From positions 1 to 63,222 of the forward strand of contig JANXER010000005.1 in assembly GCA_025057955.1 (NCBI GenBank): DNA of 63,222 bases. The letters run 5' to 3'. Every line of letters starts with the position of its first letter. Position 1 is the stretch's first letter. A program made the translations under genes and the position numbers. The notes under the pieces were generated by a model, which worked only from the letters and a program-made list of their open reading frames with translations, did not search any database and was not told the origin of the DNA. Below are positions 10,094 to 22,295 of the stretch, in pieces. Source of the stretch: Candidatus Methanomethylicaceae archaeon (lineage in GTDB: Archaea; Thermoproteota; Methanomethylicia; Methanomethylicales; Methanomethylicaceae).

Positions 10094-10673
10094 ATAATTC
10101 CCTCCTTGAAAATTCATGAGCCAATTTAATTGGCTCTGGCATGGAATTTTTAATGCATTTAATTGTTATTTCTATAACTTCCTCCAATGTAATCATATTT
10201 CCCACGCTTACATAGAAATTATTAATTTTTTTACCAACTATTCTTCCATTTAACATTATGTAGTCCTCCTTAAGCTTTAGACCCTTCAATAATCCTCTAG
10301 CTATACCTATTGTAGGAACTTTGAATGCTACACCAAATTGAGTGGCAATTCCACATCCTCTAGGATGAGCAATTCCATGACCATTTATCATAAATAAATC
10401 TGCTTTAACCCTTTTGAATAATTTGAATAGAAAGGGCATTTCTCTAAAGGCTAAAAAAGTTGGCACATAAGGTATGAAAGCACTATCCTTTACAATTATT
10501 GAATTTAATAATTTTAAATCAGGATAGGATAGCACAACAGCTGCTCCAACTCCAATATCCTTTGTATATGATACATCCATTCCACATATGGAGTTTGGAG
10601 TTTTTTCAAGCTTTTTTTCTAAAACCATTTTTGCTATTTTCTCTTGAGCAATAGCTGCTTTTTCAAAATCTAT
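10086..10673 (-). CDS. nfi: Endonuclease V (first ATG at 10628; probable true start ATA at 10673)
   Basis: GMDVSY, PYVPTFLAFRE, GHGIAHPRGCGIA, YVSVG, PEPIKLAH motifs. Confidence 0.92.
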   Translation of the reverse strand: MDFEKAAIAQEKIAKMVLEKKLEKTPNSICGMDVSYTKDIGVGAAVVLSYPDLKLLNSIIVKDSAFIPYVPTFLAFREMPFLFKLFKRVKADLFMINGHGIAHPRGCGIATQFGVAFKVPTIGIARGLLKGLKLKEDYIMLNGRIVGKKINNFYVSVGNMITLEEVIEITIKCIKNSMPEPIKLAHEFSRRELYG

Positions 10674-12238
10674 ACCACTTTTGAGGATATTCCTATGAAT
10701 ACTGGCCCCCTCACATCTATTTTACCTCTCTTACTTGTTATATATCTCATACCAACATCTGTTAACATTAAGTTTATATCGCTGAGAAGTTTAACCATTC
10801 TCACTCTTATTTCCATATTACCATCTCTTTCTATTCTTGCTGCAGCTGCCTTTGCTATAGCATCTAAATATCTTATTCCCGTTTTTATTCCTCTTTCCCT
10901 TGCTTCCTTCACTAAAATTATATTCTCTAAGCCCTTTTCTGGAATACCAAGAATATTAGCATTATAAACAACAATTTCATTAAATGCTGCTGGTCCTACG
11001 AGCTTCTCTCCAGGATCCCTTTCAAATACTTTCACTTCAACTCTTCTTCCACCTACATAGCCCTCAAAAGCTTTAACTTCACATGGACTTTCAAGATTTC
11101 TATTCTCCTCTATGGTTTTAACAATGGCTTTTTCAATTTCCATTCCTTCCTTAGTAATCGGCTCCTCTATGAATTTTATTTGTTTAGCTAAAGCTTCATC
11201 TGATAATATCCATTCTCCATAGAATTGAGGATAGACAAGCTCTCTTAAATCCTTAAATCCATAAAGAAGAGCAGCTACTCTTTCTACACCTATTCCTATA
11301 TTTAATATTGGATATTCAATTTCATATTTAGCTAATGCTATGGGACTATAGAGTCCAAAGTCTATTACCTCAAACCATTCAGAATTTCCAAGCCTTGCAA
11401 ATACTTCATATTCAGTTCCTGGAGCATAATATTTTGCAGTAACTTTTTTCTTTTCAAATTTTATATCACTAAATCCAAGCCTCTTCAATATTTCCTCTGA
11501 AACTTTCTTTCCATCTTCCACAGATACTTCTTCATCCATTATCACCGAGGAGGCAACGTGATGAAACTTTAAGTGGCTTTCATCCTCCCTTTGTTCTCTT
11601 CTCGCTCTTAATCCCACTGAGAAAAGCATTATTGGCTTCTCCAATTTATGTTGAATAGCAGCACATGTTATAAACCAAGCACTTGTCATATGTGATCTCA
11701 ATAATTGTCTTGTGGGAATTGGTTCAAGCTTTGTGAACTGTGGAAAAGCCTCATTTAAAATCTTTAATGCTGTTACATCATCTATTTTTAATGCTTCAGC
11801 AATTTTTTCCACAAGATCATCTCCATCTATTTTCCCCTTCTTATAATCATGAAGCGTCTCTCTTAATCTCTCTATGTTATCAATGGGAGCGCCTATTTTC
11901 TTAATTATCTCTATTTCCCTAGCTCCAATTCCAACATCAGGCCTTGGGAGCACTGCTAAATAATAGCATCTATCTAATATGGCTGGAGCTTCTCTTCCAT
12001 ATTGTTTATAAACATCAGCTTCTTCAACCACCATTGGATTTACAACTTCATCAAATCCAAGCTCCAAATAAATCTCTCTTAATTTATTCATTGTTTCAAT
12101 AAGTAAATGTGGAGTTCCTCTTCTTCTGGGTTTAAATGCTCCTTTTCCTCCAATTAGCTTTCCACTTTCAATCCATGTTCTCTCAAAATCTTCATCAGCT
12201 TTTCTCAATATTTCTTTCGTTATTTTCATCCCTCTCAA
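10670..12238 (-). CDS. sepS: O-phosphoseryl-tRNA(Cys) synthetase
   Basis: GFDEVVNP, LDRCYYLAVLPRPDVG, LRSHMTSAWF, RREQREDESHL, KYYAPGT, FGLYSP, GIGVER, IDVRGPVF. Confidence 0.95.
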   Translation of the reverse strand: MRGMKITKEILRKADEDFERTWIESGKLIGGKGAFKPRRRGTPHLLIETMNKLREIYLELGFDEVVNPMVVEEADVYKQYGREAPAILDRCYYLAVLPRPDVGIGAREIEIIKKIGAPIDNIERLRETLHDYKKGKIDGDDLVEKIAEALKIDDVTALKILNEAFPQFTKLEPIPTRQLLRSHMTSAWFITCAAIQHKLEKPIMLFSVGLRARREQREDESHLKFHHVASSVIMDEEVSVEDGKKVSEEILKRLGFSDIKFEKKKVTAKYYAPGTEYEVFARLGNSEWFEVIDFGLYSPIALAKYEIEYPILNIGIGVERVAALLYGFKDLRELVYPQFYGEWILSDEALAKQIKFIEEPITKEGMEIEKAIVKTIEENRNLESPCEVKAFEGYVGGRRVEVKVFERDPGEKLVGPAAFNEIVVYNANILGIPEKGLENIILVKEARERGIKTGIRYLDAIAKAAAARIERDGNMEIRVRMVKLLSDINLMLTDVGMRYITSKRGKIDVRGPVFIGISSKVV

Positions 12239-12848
12239 CCTCTCTTATGCTATTTCTTATCAATCTACCATGATATGCCAATGTTATATCTGATCTTGTT
12301 TCCTCAACCATTTTTCTAATTAAATCAACTTTCCTCTTAAGACCAGGAACTAAATTTTTGAAGTATTCTAATCCCTTCAATAGCCAATAAATTTCATCCA
12401 TGAAATTCAATAATCTCTCTGCCTCTTCTATTCTATCCTCTCTTAAAGAATCTAAGATTTGTCTTCTTATCTCTCCAACAGAATCAGCCAATCCAGCTAT
12501 ATAAGACTCTACAGTAACTCCAACCTCATTTAATGAGGGCATCTTTCCATCCTTTATTAATGATATTGTTATTATGGCCTCAGCATACTCTTGCATGGCT
12601 TGAGGCAATGGGCCTATATGTTTATACTCTGGAAATCTCTCACATATGTTCAAGGATGTTTCTAATATTTCTCTTGCTTGATTCAATAGGCTCAAGGTTT
12701 TATCTAAATCTCTCCTATGAAATGCTAATATAGCATTTCCCGATCTTCTTATTATTTCCCTTGAATTAATTATTAATTTCTCTCTATTTTCATCCTTCTC
12801 CTTCAAAATTTTTTCAACTTCCATTATTATATCATCCAATTCAACCAC
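12195..12848 (-). CDS. Translin-family protein
   Basis: RE..I..SR, QEYAEA, YIAGLADSVGEIRR, LKRKVD motifs; start codon uncertain. Confidence 0.85.
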   Translation of the reverse strand: MVELDDIIMEVEKILKEKDENREKLIINSREIIRRSGNAILAFHRRDLDKTLSLLNQAREILETSLNICERFPEYKHIGPLPQAMQEYAEAIITISLIKDGKMPSLNEVGVTVESYIAGLADSVGEIRRQILDSLREDRIEEAERLLNFMDEIYWLLKGLEYFKNLVPGLKRKVDLIRKMVEETRSDITLAYHGRLIRNSIREVERDENNERNIEKS

Positions 12849-13755
12849 CCTTAAGCAATACCACTCTACTTGCAGGAACTTCATCTATGATTTCATATCC
12901 TGAGCTTTCAGCTATCATCTTGGCAAAGGAAAGCACTTCATTATGGCTTGGCATAGCATCTGCTCCAAGCCTCCATATTGAGCATCCTACATGCATATAT
13001 GCTTTTACTTCAATATATCTTGGCATTCCAATTTTTATTATATTTGCATATCCACTTGGATCTTCCATATTTAAGCCCTTCACTAAAGTAATTCTTATGA
13101 CTGTTGAGCAATTAAAGCTTTTAAGTAAAGAGAGTGAGGTTAATAATTTTTCCCAATTTTCCTCATATAGTGGTCTACATACTTTTTTATAGATTTCTTT
13201 GGATGGAGCGCTTACAGATATATAGAGTTGAGTTGGCTCAACAATTTTTTCAAGAACATTTGGTAGTGTTCCATTAGTTACAAGAAATGTAGTCATTTTT
13301 CTTCTTTTGAATTCCTCTATTAATTCTCCTATTCTAGAATAAAGCATTGGTTCTCCACTCAAGCTTATTGCTACATGTTTTGGATTCATTGCTTCCTCCA
13401 GCTTCTCTTTTAATACTTTTGGATTTCCCTTATAACCTGTGAGGGCTCTTCTATGAGCTTCTATGGCCTTCTCAACAATGTATTTGGGATCATCTTCTTC
13501 TATGATTTTCTCACCTTCCCATTGGGCCCCTCTCTCCCCTGGTAAAATCCTCCAGCAATATATGCATCTATTTGTACAGAAGGCTACAGCTGGACTCATT
13601 TGAAGACATCTATGCGTTTCTATTCCATAGAATTTACTCTTATAACATATGGTTTCACTAGTAAGAGCTTTTCTAACCCAATGGCAAATTTTCACGCCTG
13701 AATGTTTTCCCACTATTTGATATCCTTGCTTCCTCAAAATTTTGAGGATTTGCAA
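12841..13755 (-). CDS. taw1: 4-demethylwyosine synthase (TYW1/Taw1 radical SAM)
   Basis: HSGVKICHW, CYKSKFYGIETHRC, CTNRCIYCWR, ISLSGEP, EVKAYMHVG. Confidence 0.95.
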   Translation of the reverse strand: MQILKILRKQGYQIVGKHSGVKICHWVRKALTSETICYKSKFYGIETHRCLQMSPAVAFCTNRCIYCWRILPGERGAQWEGEKIIEEDDPKYIVEKAIEAHRRALTGYKGNPKVLKEKLEEAMNPKHVAISLSGEPMLYSRIGELIEEFKRRKMTTFLVTNGTLPNVLEKIVEPTQLYISVSAPSKEIYKKVCRPLYEENWEKLLTSLSLLKSFNCSTVIRITLVKGLNMEDPSGYANIIKIGMPRYIEVKAYMHVGCSIWRLGADAMPSHNEVLSFAKMIAESSGYEIIDEVPASRVVLLKGG

Positions 13756-13761
13756 AACCCA

Positions 13762-14370
13762 CTACCTTGCGGGTATGAAATCTTCCTTTGCTCCATCCCT
13801 AGATATTACAACTAAATCTATACCATCTCCAGATATGACATCCCTGGAAATAGCTGCTTTAATGGCTTTTATTGCTAATTCTCTTCCCTCCTCTACTGTA
13901 ATAGCTTCTTTATATGAAGCTTCAATTACACTTATGGCTAAGGCTGCTCCTGTTCCTACTGCAGCATATTTATCCTCTATAAGCGATCCCAATTGATCAA
14001 GAATAAATAGTTTAAATCCTTCTTCATCAAATCCTCCTATAATTGTTTCAGTGAACACTGGAAACCATCTCTGTGAATAAAGCAAATTAGCAAGAAACTT
14101 TGCTGCAGCTTTTACACTCATTCTACTGTTCTTTCCCAACTCATATAATCTTATTTCAGCTGCTAATCTTCTTAATACTGCTTGAGCATCAGAGATTAAT
14201 CCAGCGAAAGCAACTCCTATTCTATCATTTACAAGGAATACTTTTTTCCCAGCTTTACTCATTAATGATAATCCATAAGTTATTCTCTTTTCTGATGCTA
14301 ATACTACTCCATCCTTACATAGTATGCCTATTGTGGTAGCTCCAGTTATAGGATATCCTATTTCAGGCAA
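13762..14370 (-). CDS. psmB: Proteasome beta subunit (probably non-catalytic type)
   Basis: Ntn-hydrolase fold; GATTIG, AGLISDAQ, RDVISGDG; Ala where the catalytic Thr1 is expected. Confidence 0.9.
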   Translation of the reverse strand: MPEIGYPITGATTIGILCKDGVVLASEKRITYGLSLMSKAGKKVFLVNDRIGVAFAGLISDAQAVLRRLAAEIRLYELGKNSRMSVKAAAKFLANLLYSQRWFPVFTETIIGGFDEEGFKLFILDQLGSLIEDKYAAVGTGAALAISVIEASYKEAITVEEGRELAIKAIKAAISRDVISGDGIDLVVISRDGAKEDFIPAR

Positions 14371-14433
14371 ATATTAAAATCCCTCCACTATTGAAAGCAT
14401 AAGTTGGTGTATTAAATAAGCTTGTTGGTGAAT

Positions 14434-14661
14434 ATGAAGACAATAAGAGATGTGCTTAATAAAATAAAATGGACTTCTGGCTTAAATGGAGTGGAGATAA
14501 TAATTATTCATAGAGGAAATCCAAATAATATGAAGATTATAAAGGGCGAAGAAATTATAGATATAGCTCCAAGGGCAATAATTTGTGAAAATGCCATTAT
14601 TCCATATCATAGAGTAATTTGTATTAAAAAAGATGGATTAGAGGTTTGGAGGAAAAAATGA
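14434..14661 (+). CDS. DUF504 / MJ1316-like RNA-repair-associated protein
   Basis: IRDVLNKIKW, HRG, IPYHRV motifs. Confidence 0.85.
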   Translation: MKTIRDVLNKIKWTSGLNGVEIIIIHRGNPNNMKIIKGEEIIDIAPRAIICENAIIPYHRVICIKKDGLEVWRKK

Positions 14662-15650
14662 AACAACCATTTGAAGATATTCCAACCATAATTATGGCTG
14701 AGGAATTAATAGAAAAAAGCATAAGAGAGGCTAAGAGAATGGAGTTATCTTTTCCTAGAAATGCATCTGCAATAGTAAAGGCAAGAAGAAGAGAGATAAG
14801 CAGAATTAATGCTATGGCGAATACTTCAGCAAAATATTTGGAGAAAATTGTTAAATCCTTTCCAAATATAGATTCTTTACATCCCTTTTATAGAGAAATG
14901 TTGGAGATAATTGGTGGAACATCAAATATAAGGGCAATCTTAGGAAGAATAAATAGAGCATCTAGAATAATACGTGAAATTGCCTCTTCCTCAATATTTG
15001 AATTGAAAAAAATTGAAAATCCAATTGAAGCAAATAAAATAAGAAGAGCCTTTATTGGAAGAATGGCCTCAATAATAAGAGATTTAAGCCAAGATCTTGA
15101 AAAATTATCTGAAGTAAGAAATAAGCTTAAGGATGTTCCTTCCATTGATCCAAATATTCCCATAGTAATTTTAGCGGGCTATCCTGGTGTAGGAAAATCC
15201 ACAATAGTTGGAGCATTATCCTCAGCGAAACCAGAAGTAAGATCCTATCCTTTTACCACAAAGGAAGTAATAGTAGGTCATATTAAGATTGATGAAAAAA
15301 TAATTCAAATTGTAGATACTCCAGGCCTCTTAGATAGACCTATAGAGAAAAGAAGTAAGGAAGAGCTTATGGCAATATCTGCTTTAAACTATTTGAAGGG
15401 ATTGATAGCATTTATAGTGGATACTTCAGAGTCCAATGGATTTACGCTTGAGGAGCAGAGAGCTCTTTTTGAAAGCTTAAGTAAATTTTTAACCTCAAAA
15501 ATAATAATATTCTTTAATAAAGTGGATATTTCAAGTGAAGAACAAATTTTAAAAGCAGAATCCATCTTTGGATTATGCATAAAAATGGCTGCAGCTAAAG
15601 GTATTGGACTTGAGAAGTTCTTAGAATCAATTAAAAATGCTCTTATGTGA
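14658..15650 (+). CDS. NOG1-family GTP-binding protein
   Basis: LHPFY, GYPGVGKS, YPFTTK, DTPGLLDRP, NKVD. Confidence 0.93.
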   Translation: MKQPFEDIPTIIMAEELIEKSIREAKRMELSFPRNASAIVKARRREISRINAMANTSAKYLEKIVKSFPNIDSLHPFYREMLEIIGGTSNIRAILGRINRASRIIREIASSSIFELKKIENPIEANKIRRAFIGRMASIIRDLSQDLEKLSEVRNKLKDVPSIDPNIPIVILAGYPGVGKSTIVGALSSAKPEVRSYPFTTKEVIVGHIKIDEKIIQIVDTPGLLDRPIEKRSKEELMAISALNYLKGLIAFIVDTSESNGFTLEEQRALFESLSKFLTSKIIIFFNKVDISSEEQILKAESIFGLCIKMAAAKGIGLEKFLESIKNALM

Positions 15651-16677
15651 TTTTACTCAATCTTAATATGGCCTTTCCATTCATTTTTTCAATATTCCAT
15701 TTTATATTGAAGAATTTCTCAGTAAGCCAAATCATGGTTTCAGCATGAAGTGTAAGTGAGGAAACTCCCATTTGAAATCCCCCTGCTATTGCCATATAAA
15801 GTATCATCATATCCCCCATATGTCTATCTATAGCCATACCACTTCTTAATTCTTCTAAGAGTTTCATTCCTGCTTCCCTTCCAACTTCCTCAGCTGATTT
15901 TCCTTTTGCTCCTAGAGCATCAGCTCCTATTCTAAATCCATTTTCTATTTCTGCCCAAAGTGCTATTCCACTCCCCGGCCCAAGCCCTTGACTCACTTCC
16001 TCCTTTAATTCAATATTTTTTACTTCACTTTTTATTACATCTATTGCAGCTTTAGCTTGTCTAATGGCTATATGATTTGGAAGATTTGTACAATGGGAAA
16101 CTCCATGAATTGCTATAATATTTCCTCTATAGACTGTGGATAATGGTATAATTTTACTTATTGGTTTCACTTTTAATATGACTTTACCTCCTCCCTTGGG
16201 ATAATGTCCTCTTCTTATGAGATCCACAGAGGCATCTATTCCAAGCCTTCTCAAATTTTCAATTACAACATATTTGAAGTAATCTATTGTAGGGCTCCAA
16301 GGAACATCTGTGCCCCCTATTATTGTCACTTCAGAGGGCTCCTTAGCAAAGCAAAGTATGGGCAAAATTGCTTGTATAACTAATGTTACACTTCCAGCAG
16401 TTTTTATATCAAATTCATATTTTCCTCCTGAGATTTCTTCAGGCTTAAAGAATACTGTAGTACTTCCTATTGAAAGTCCTTTTACATTTGCTTTAGAAAT
16501 TTCAACCGCTGCTTTAAGCGCGGTCATATGTTGATGTTGAAGGCCCGGATTTGGTCTTTTACTTCTTATATTATGAACTTTTACAGCTCTATTTGTAATA
16601 CAAGATAGAGCAATTGCAGTTCTTAATAGTTGTCCCCCTCCCTCGCCATAAGAGCCATCTATTTCCAAAAATTCCAT
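15643..16677 (-). CDS. rtcA: RNA 3'-terminal phosphate cyclase
   Basis: IDGSYGEGGGQ, RPNPGL, AGS, GGTDVPWSP, RGHYPKGGG, DRHMGD. Confidence 0.96.
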   Translation of the reverse strand: MEFLEIDGSYGEGGGQLLRTAIALSCITNRAVKVHNIRSKRPNPGLQHQHMTALKAAVEISKANVKGLSIGSTTVFFKPEEISGGKYEFDIKTAGSVTLVIQAILPILCFAKEPSEVTIIGGTDVPWSPTIDYFKYVVIENLRRLGIDASVDLIRRGHYPKGGGKVILKVKPISKIIPLSTVYRGNIIAIHGVSHCTNLPNHIAIRQAKAAIDVIKSEVKNIELKEEVSQGLGPGSGIALWAEIENGFRIGADALGAKGKSAEEVGREAGMKLLEELRSGMAIDRHMGDMMILYMAIAGGFQMGVSSLTLHAETMIWLTEKFFNIKWNIEKMNGKAILRLSKIT

Positions 16678-16712
16678 AGTTTAAAATATAGCTCAGAGGG
16701 AAAAATAAAAGT

Positions 16713-18517
<1,805 letters not shown>

Positions 18518-18570
18518 CGAAAATTCTATATAATTAGTAGTAAATAAAAATTAAAATTAAAATATTCGAG

Positions 18571-19728
18571 GTGCTACACTTGGAAATACCTCAACTTATA
18601 ATGTTACCTGGACCAACGAATGTTCATCCCAGAGTATATGCTGCTATGTGCAAACCAATGATAGATCATAGAAGCAAGGAATTTCGAGTGCTTTATATGA
18701 GATTGCTTGAAAGTGTTAAGAAGGTTTTTCAAACTGAGAATGATGTTTTCATACTAACATCCTCTGGAACGGGAGGAGTGGAATGCGCTGCTAGCAATTT
18801 ACTTTTGCCTGGTGAAAAGATTATATTACCAGTGGCTGGCAACTTTGGAGAGAGGTTCGCAGAAAGCTTTAGCAATTATGGAATAAAAGTTATTAGAATA
18901 AATATTGAGCCAGGTAAATCTCCTAAATTAGAACAAATAGAAGCTGCTATAAGAAATAATCCTGATGCAAAAGCAGTGGCAATAATTTATAATGAAACCT
19001 CCACTGGCACTACGGTTAGAGATTTATCCAAGATTTGTAAAATGGCGAAGGATTTGGGCATGATAACCATAGTGGATGCTATATCCATTCTTGGAGGAGA
19101 TGATCTTCCAGTTGATGAGTGGGAAGTGGACTTTTGCATTGCTGCCTCTCAGAAGTGTCTTGCCGCCCCTCCTGGCTTAGCTTTAGTATCTGTAAGTAGA
19201 GATGCTTGGAAGCTTATTGAGAGGGCTAAGCCTAGAAGCGATTACTTTGATTTAATAAAATATAGAAAATATAGAGATGAACAAAAGGAAACTCCATTTA
19301 CTCCTGCAATAAATTTATTCTATGCACTTGATGAAGCCATAAATATTGTATTGGAATATGGCTTTGATAAATGGATTGAGAGGCATAAAATTACATCCAA
19401 AGCTTATTATAGTGCAATATTTGCAATGGGATTGCCATTTTTAGCTGAGGAATGGTGCAGATCAAATACTGTAATAGCTGTAAAAATGCCAAATGGTATT
19501 CCTGCAAAACTTTTGAGAGAGCTATTGGCTGAAAAATATAGAGTCGTAGTTGCAGGGGGATTTGGGGGTTTAAGAAACTCTATATTCAGAATAGGAAACA
19601 TGGGCTTAATAAATCCAAGAGATATTCTTACAACTCTTTCTTCGATAGAATCTGCATTCTTCGAACTGGGCTATCCAATTAAATCTGGCATAGAGGCTGC
19701 TATACCAATATTAAAAAACCTTGATTGA
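18571..19728 (+). CDS. Class V PLP aminotransferase (serine-pyruvate/alanine-glyoxylate type)
   Basis: PGPT, NETSTG, VDAIS, SQKCLAAPPG, TPFTP, FRIGNMG. Confidence 0.92.
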   Translation: MLHLEIPQLIMLPGPTNVHPRVYAAMCKPMIDHRSKEFRVLYMRLLESVKKVFQTENDVFILTSSGTGGVECAASNLLLPGEKIILPVAGNFGERFAESFSNYGIKVIRINIEPGKSPKLEQIEAAIRNNPDAKAVAIIYNETSTGTTVRDLSKICKMAKDLGMITIVDAISILGGDDLPVDEWEVDFCIAASQKCLAAPPGLALVSVSRDAWKLIERAKPRSDYFDLIKYRKYRDEQKETPFTPAINLFYALDEAINIVLEYGFDKWIERHKITSKAYYSAIFAMGLPFLAEEWCRSNTVIAVKMPNGIPAKLLRELLAEKYRVVVAGGFGGLRNSIFRIGNMGLINPRDILTTLSSIESAFFELGYPIKSGIEAAIPILKNLD

Positions 19729-20802
19729 ATGCTTATAAGCTATAGCACAAGCTCCTTCAATGCTCACCATACATGGTCCAATGGGATGTGTAGGTGTACA
19801 TACTTTTTTGAATAAAGGGCATTCCTCAGGCATTATTTCCCCCTTAAGCACTTCACCACACTTACATCCCTCTGGCATATAATCTTCCTTAGCTAATTCC
19901 ATATTGAATTTTTTCAAAGCATCATATTTCTCATATTTACTTTTGAGCTTCAATCCTGATCTCTCTATTAATCCTATTCCTCGCCACCAAGAATCGCTAT
20001 ACTCAAAAGCCTCATTTAATAATCTTAAGGCCTCAATATTTCCCTCCTCTTTTACTGCTCTACTATATTCATTGTAAACATAGTAAGTTCCTTCCTCTAT
20101 TTGAGTTATTATATTAAATATTCCTATTATTACATCTAATGGCTCAAATCCTGCTATCACCATTGGTTTTCTATAAGCTTCAGCTAAGCTTCTATATGGT
20201 CTTGCGCCTATTATAGTTGATACATGGCCAGGGCAAATAAATCCATCAATTTTACAGCCTTGTTTCAATAGAAATTCCATGGCTGGAGGTATGAGCTTAT
20301 GAGTTACAAAAGCGCTAAAATTTTCAGGTGGATTTCTTAATATTTCAAGAGCTGTAGTAGGAGCAGTGGTCTCAAAGCCTATTGAAAAATGCACAACTTT
20401 TCTATTTGTTTTTTTAGCTATTTCTATACTTTCTGAAATACTATATACAATTCTTACATCTCCTCCCATGGCCTTTGCCTCAATTAATGATGTTTTTGAG
20501 CCAGGAACTCGAAAAACATCACCGAAGGTAGTTACAATAACATCTTTTTCCAATGATAAATTTGCTATAGCATCTATTTCATTAGCAGGAGTTACACATA
20601 CTGGACATCCAGGACCTGCTACAACCTTTATATTATCTGGCAATAAACTCCTTATACCGAAATGAGCTATAGTCCATTCATGAGTCCCACAAACATGCAT
20701 TATTTTTATGATTTCAAGATGCTTTGCCTTCTCCTCAATCTTCTTTACAATTTTCTCCACAATCTCCTTATTTCTGAAAAATCTTAGGAAATCCCCTTCC
20801 AT
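19711..20802 (-). CDS. hypD: [NiFe]-hydrogenase maturation protein HypD
   Basis: MHVCGTHE, GPGCPVC, GFETTAP, PGHVS, GPCMVSIEGAC. Confidence 0.97.
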   Translation of the reverse strand: MEGDFLRFFRNKEIVEKIVKKIEEKAKHLEIIKIMHVCGTHEWTIAHFGIRSLLPDNIKVVAGPGCPVCVTPANEIDAIANLSLEKDVIVTTFGDVFRVPGSKTSLIEAKAMGGDVRIVYSISESIEIAKKTNRKVVHFSIGFETTAPTTALEILRNPPENFSAFVTHKLIPPAMEFLLKQGCKIDGFICPGHVSTIIGARPYRSLAEAYRKPMVIAGFEPLDVIIGIFNIITQIEEGTYYVYNEYSRAVKEEGNIEALRLLNEAFEYSDSWWRGIGLIERSGLKLKSKYEKYDALKKFNMELAKEDYMPEGCKCGEVLKGEIMPEECPLFKKVCTPTHPIGPCMVSIEGACAIAYKHSIKVF

Positions 20803-20993
20803 ATCTCCAGCAACTCCTCTGCTTCCTCTTTACTTATCTTAGCAATAGCATATCCAGTATGAATTAGAACGTAATCTCCCTCCTTTACCTCTTTAACTAA
20901 TGCAATTGAAGCCTCTTTTATAATACCGCCTATATCCACTTCTGCTCTTTCTCCTATAATTTTAACGATTCTTGCTGGTATAGCCAAGCACAA
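20784..20993 (-). CDS. hypC: Hydrogenase chaperone HypC
   Basis: N-terminal MCLAIPA, GDYVLIHTGYAI. Confidence 0.97.
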   Translation of the reverse strand: MCLAIPARIVKIIGERAEVDIGGIIKEASIALVKEVKEGDYVLIHTGYAIAKISKEEAEELLEIWKGIS

Positions 20994-21045
20994 AATAAAA
21001 CACCTTAAAGATTAAATTTAACAACTCTGATAAATAATTATTTCA

Positions 21046-21708
21046 GTGATGGAAATGAAGCTTTTAGCCCTCTCTGATATACATGGAAAGGAGTCAACTT
21101 TGAAATCTATCCTAGATGTAGCTAAATCCTTTGAAATTAAAGCAATTTCCATATCTGGAGATATAACGAATTTTGGTGGTTTTGAGGATTTGGAAAGAGT
21201 TCTAAAAATAGTAGAGGATTTTGATGTTCCATTCTTCTATGTGCTTGGAAATTGCGATTCCATAAGCTTGAGAAATGGAATAGAGTCGCTTGGAATATGT
21301 TTAGAATCAAGATGTTATAATATTTTTGGCATTAATATAATTGGCTCTGGTGGCTCCACTCCTACACCATTTAATACTCCATTTGAAATTAGTGAGGAAG
21401 AGCTTATTTCAAATTTAAGAAGGGCGAAATCAACTTGTGAAGAAGTTACTATGATTTTAACTCATAATCCTCCACTTGGATCCATAGTGGATCTTACTAA
21501 AATGGGCATTCATGTTGGGAGTAAAGCTCTAAGAGATTTCATAATTCTCTCAAAGCCAAAAATTGCTCAATGTGGCCATATACATGAAGCTAGAGGAAGG
21601 GAGATGATAGGTAATACTTTAGTATTTAATCCTGGTCCAGCCATGCGTGGATATTATGCTATTGTATCACTTCATGATTTAAACATTGAGTTTATGTCTT
21701 TGACTTAA
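21046..21708 (+). CDS. Calcineurin-like metallophosphoesterase
   Basis: SDIHG, GD, GNCD, THNPP, GHIHE, NPG. Confidence 0.92.
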   Translation: MMEMKLLALSDIHGKESTLKSILDVAKSFEIKAISISGDITNFGGFEDLERVLKIVEDFDVPFFYVLGNCDSISLRNGIESLGICLESRCYNIFGINIIGSGGSTPTPFNTPFEISEEELISNLRRAKSTCEEVTMILTHNPPLGSIVDLTKMGIHVGSKALRDFIILSKPKIAQCGHIHEARGREMIGNTLVFNPGPAMRGYYAIVSLHDLNIEFMSLT

Positions 21709-22186
21709 TAATCATTTCCAAATAAGACTCTGTGGTTAAATTTCTTATTCCAAGCTTTTCTGCAATTTCCAATAATTTCTCTCCTCCTTCCAATTCTATA
21801 AATGATCCCAGTCCATTCACATCATCCAAGCATATTATAATTTCATTCAATAGAAACTCTCTTCTTCTCTTTCTTATTGTATAGGCCTTTTTAAAACCAA
21901 GCCTCTCCAAAATATTTATGAAGGCCTTAGAATCTTTAATTTCCACCTCAATTTCCTCTCTAATTTTTAAATTCTCACTTTCCCTCTTTCCTTTGTAAGT
22001 AATTATGCTTTTATTACCCTCAATCCTCAATCTAAATGCTTCATCACTTTTTACAAAATCTCTACAAGGATGTTCAAAGTAAATATCCTCTTGAATTTTT
22101 TCGCCTAGAAATCTTCCTCCCATTTTTAAAATCTTCTCAGTGAGATCTTCTTCAACCCTTGCCTTTGCCTCTATTTCCCTTCCCAT
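21692..22186 (-). CDS. CYTH-domain protein (class IV adenylate cyclase/triphosphatase family)
   Basis: EIEAK, DIYF, RLR, TYKG, REEIE, KRR, LGSFIELE, SYLE. Confidence 0.9.
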   Translation of the reverse strand: MGREIEAKARVEEDLTEKILKMGGRFLGEKIQEDIYFEHPCRDFVKSDEAFRLRIEGNKSIITYKGKRESENLKIREEIEVEIKDSKAFINILERLGFKKAYTIRKRRREFLLNEIIICLDDVNGLGSFIELEGGEKLLEIAEKLGIRNLTTESYLEMIIKSKT

Positions 22187-22295
22187 AATAATAAATTCTA
22201 GGGAAAAAGCTTAAACTTAGCTATGTAAACTTTGAATAGCAACGGAAAATTTTAAAGATGAGAAATATTAGTTTTTCCTCTGTTGGTGCATTTAA

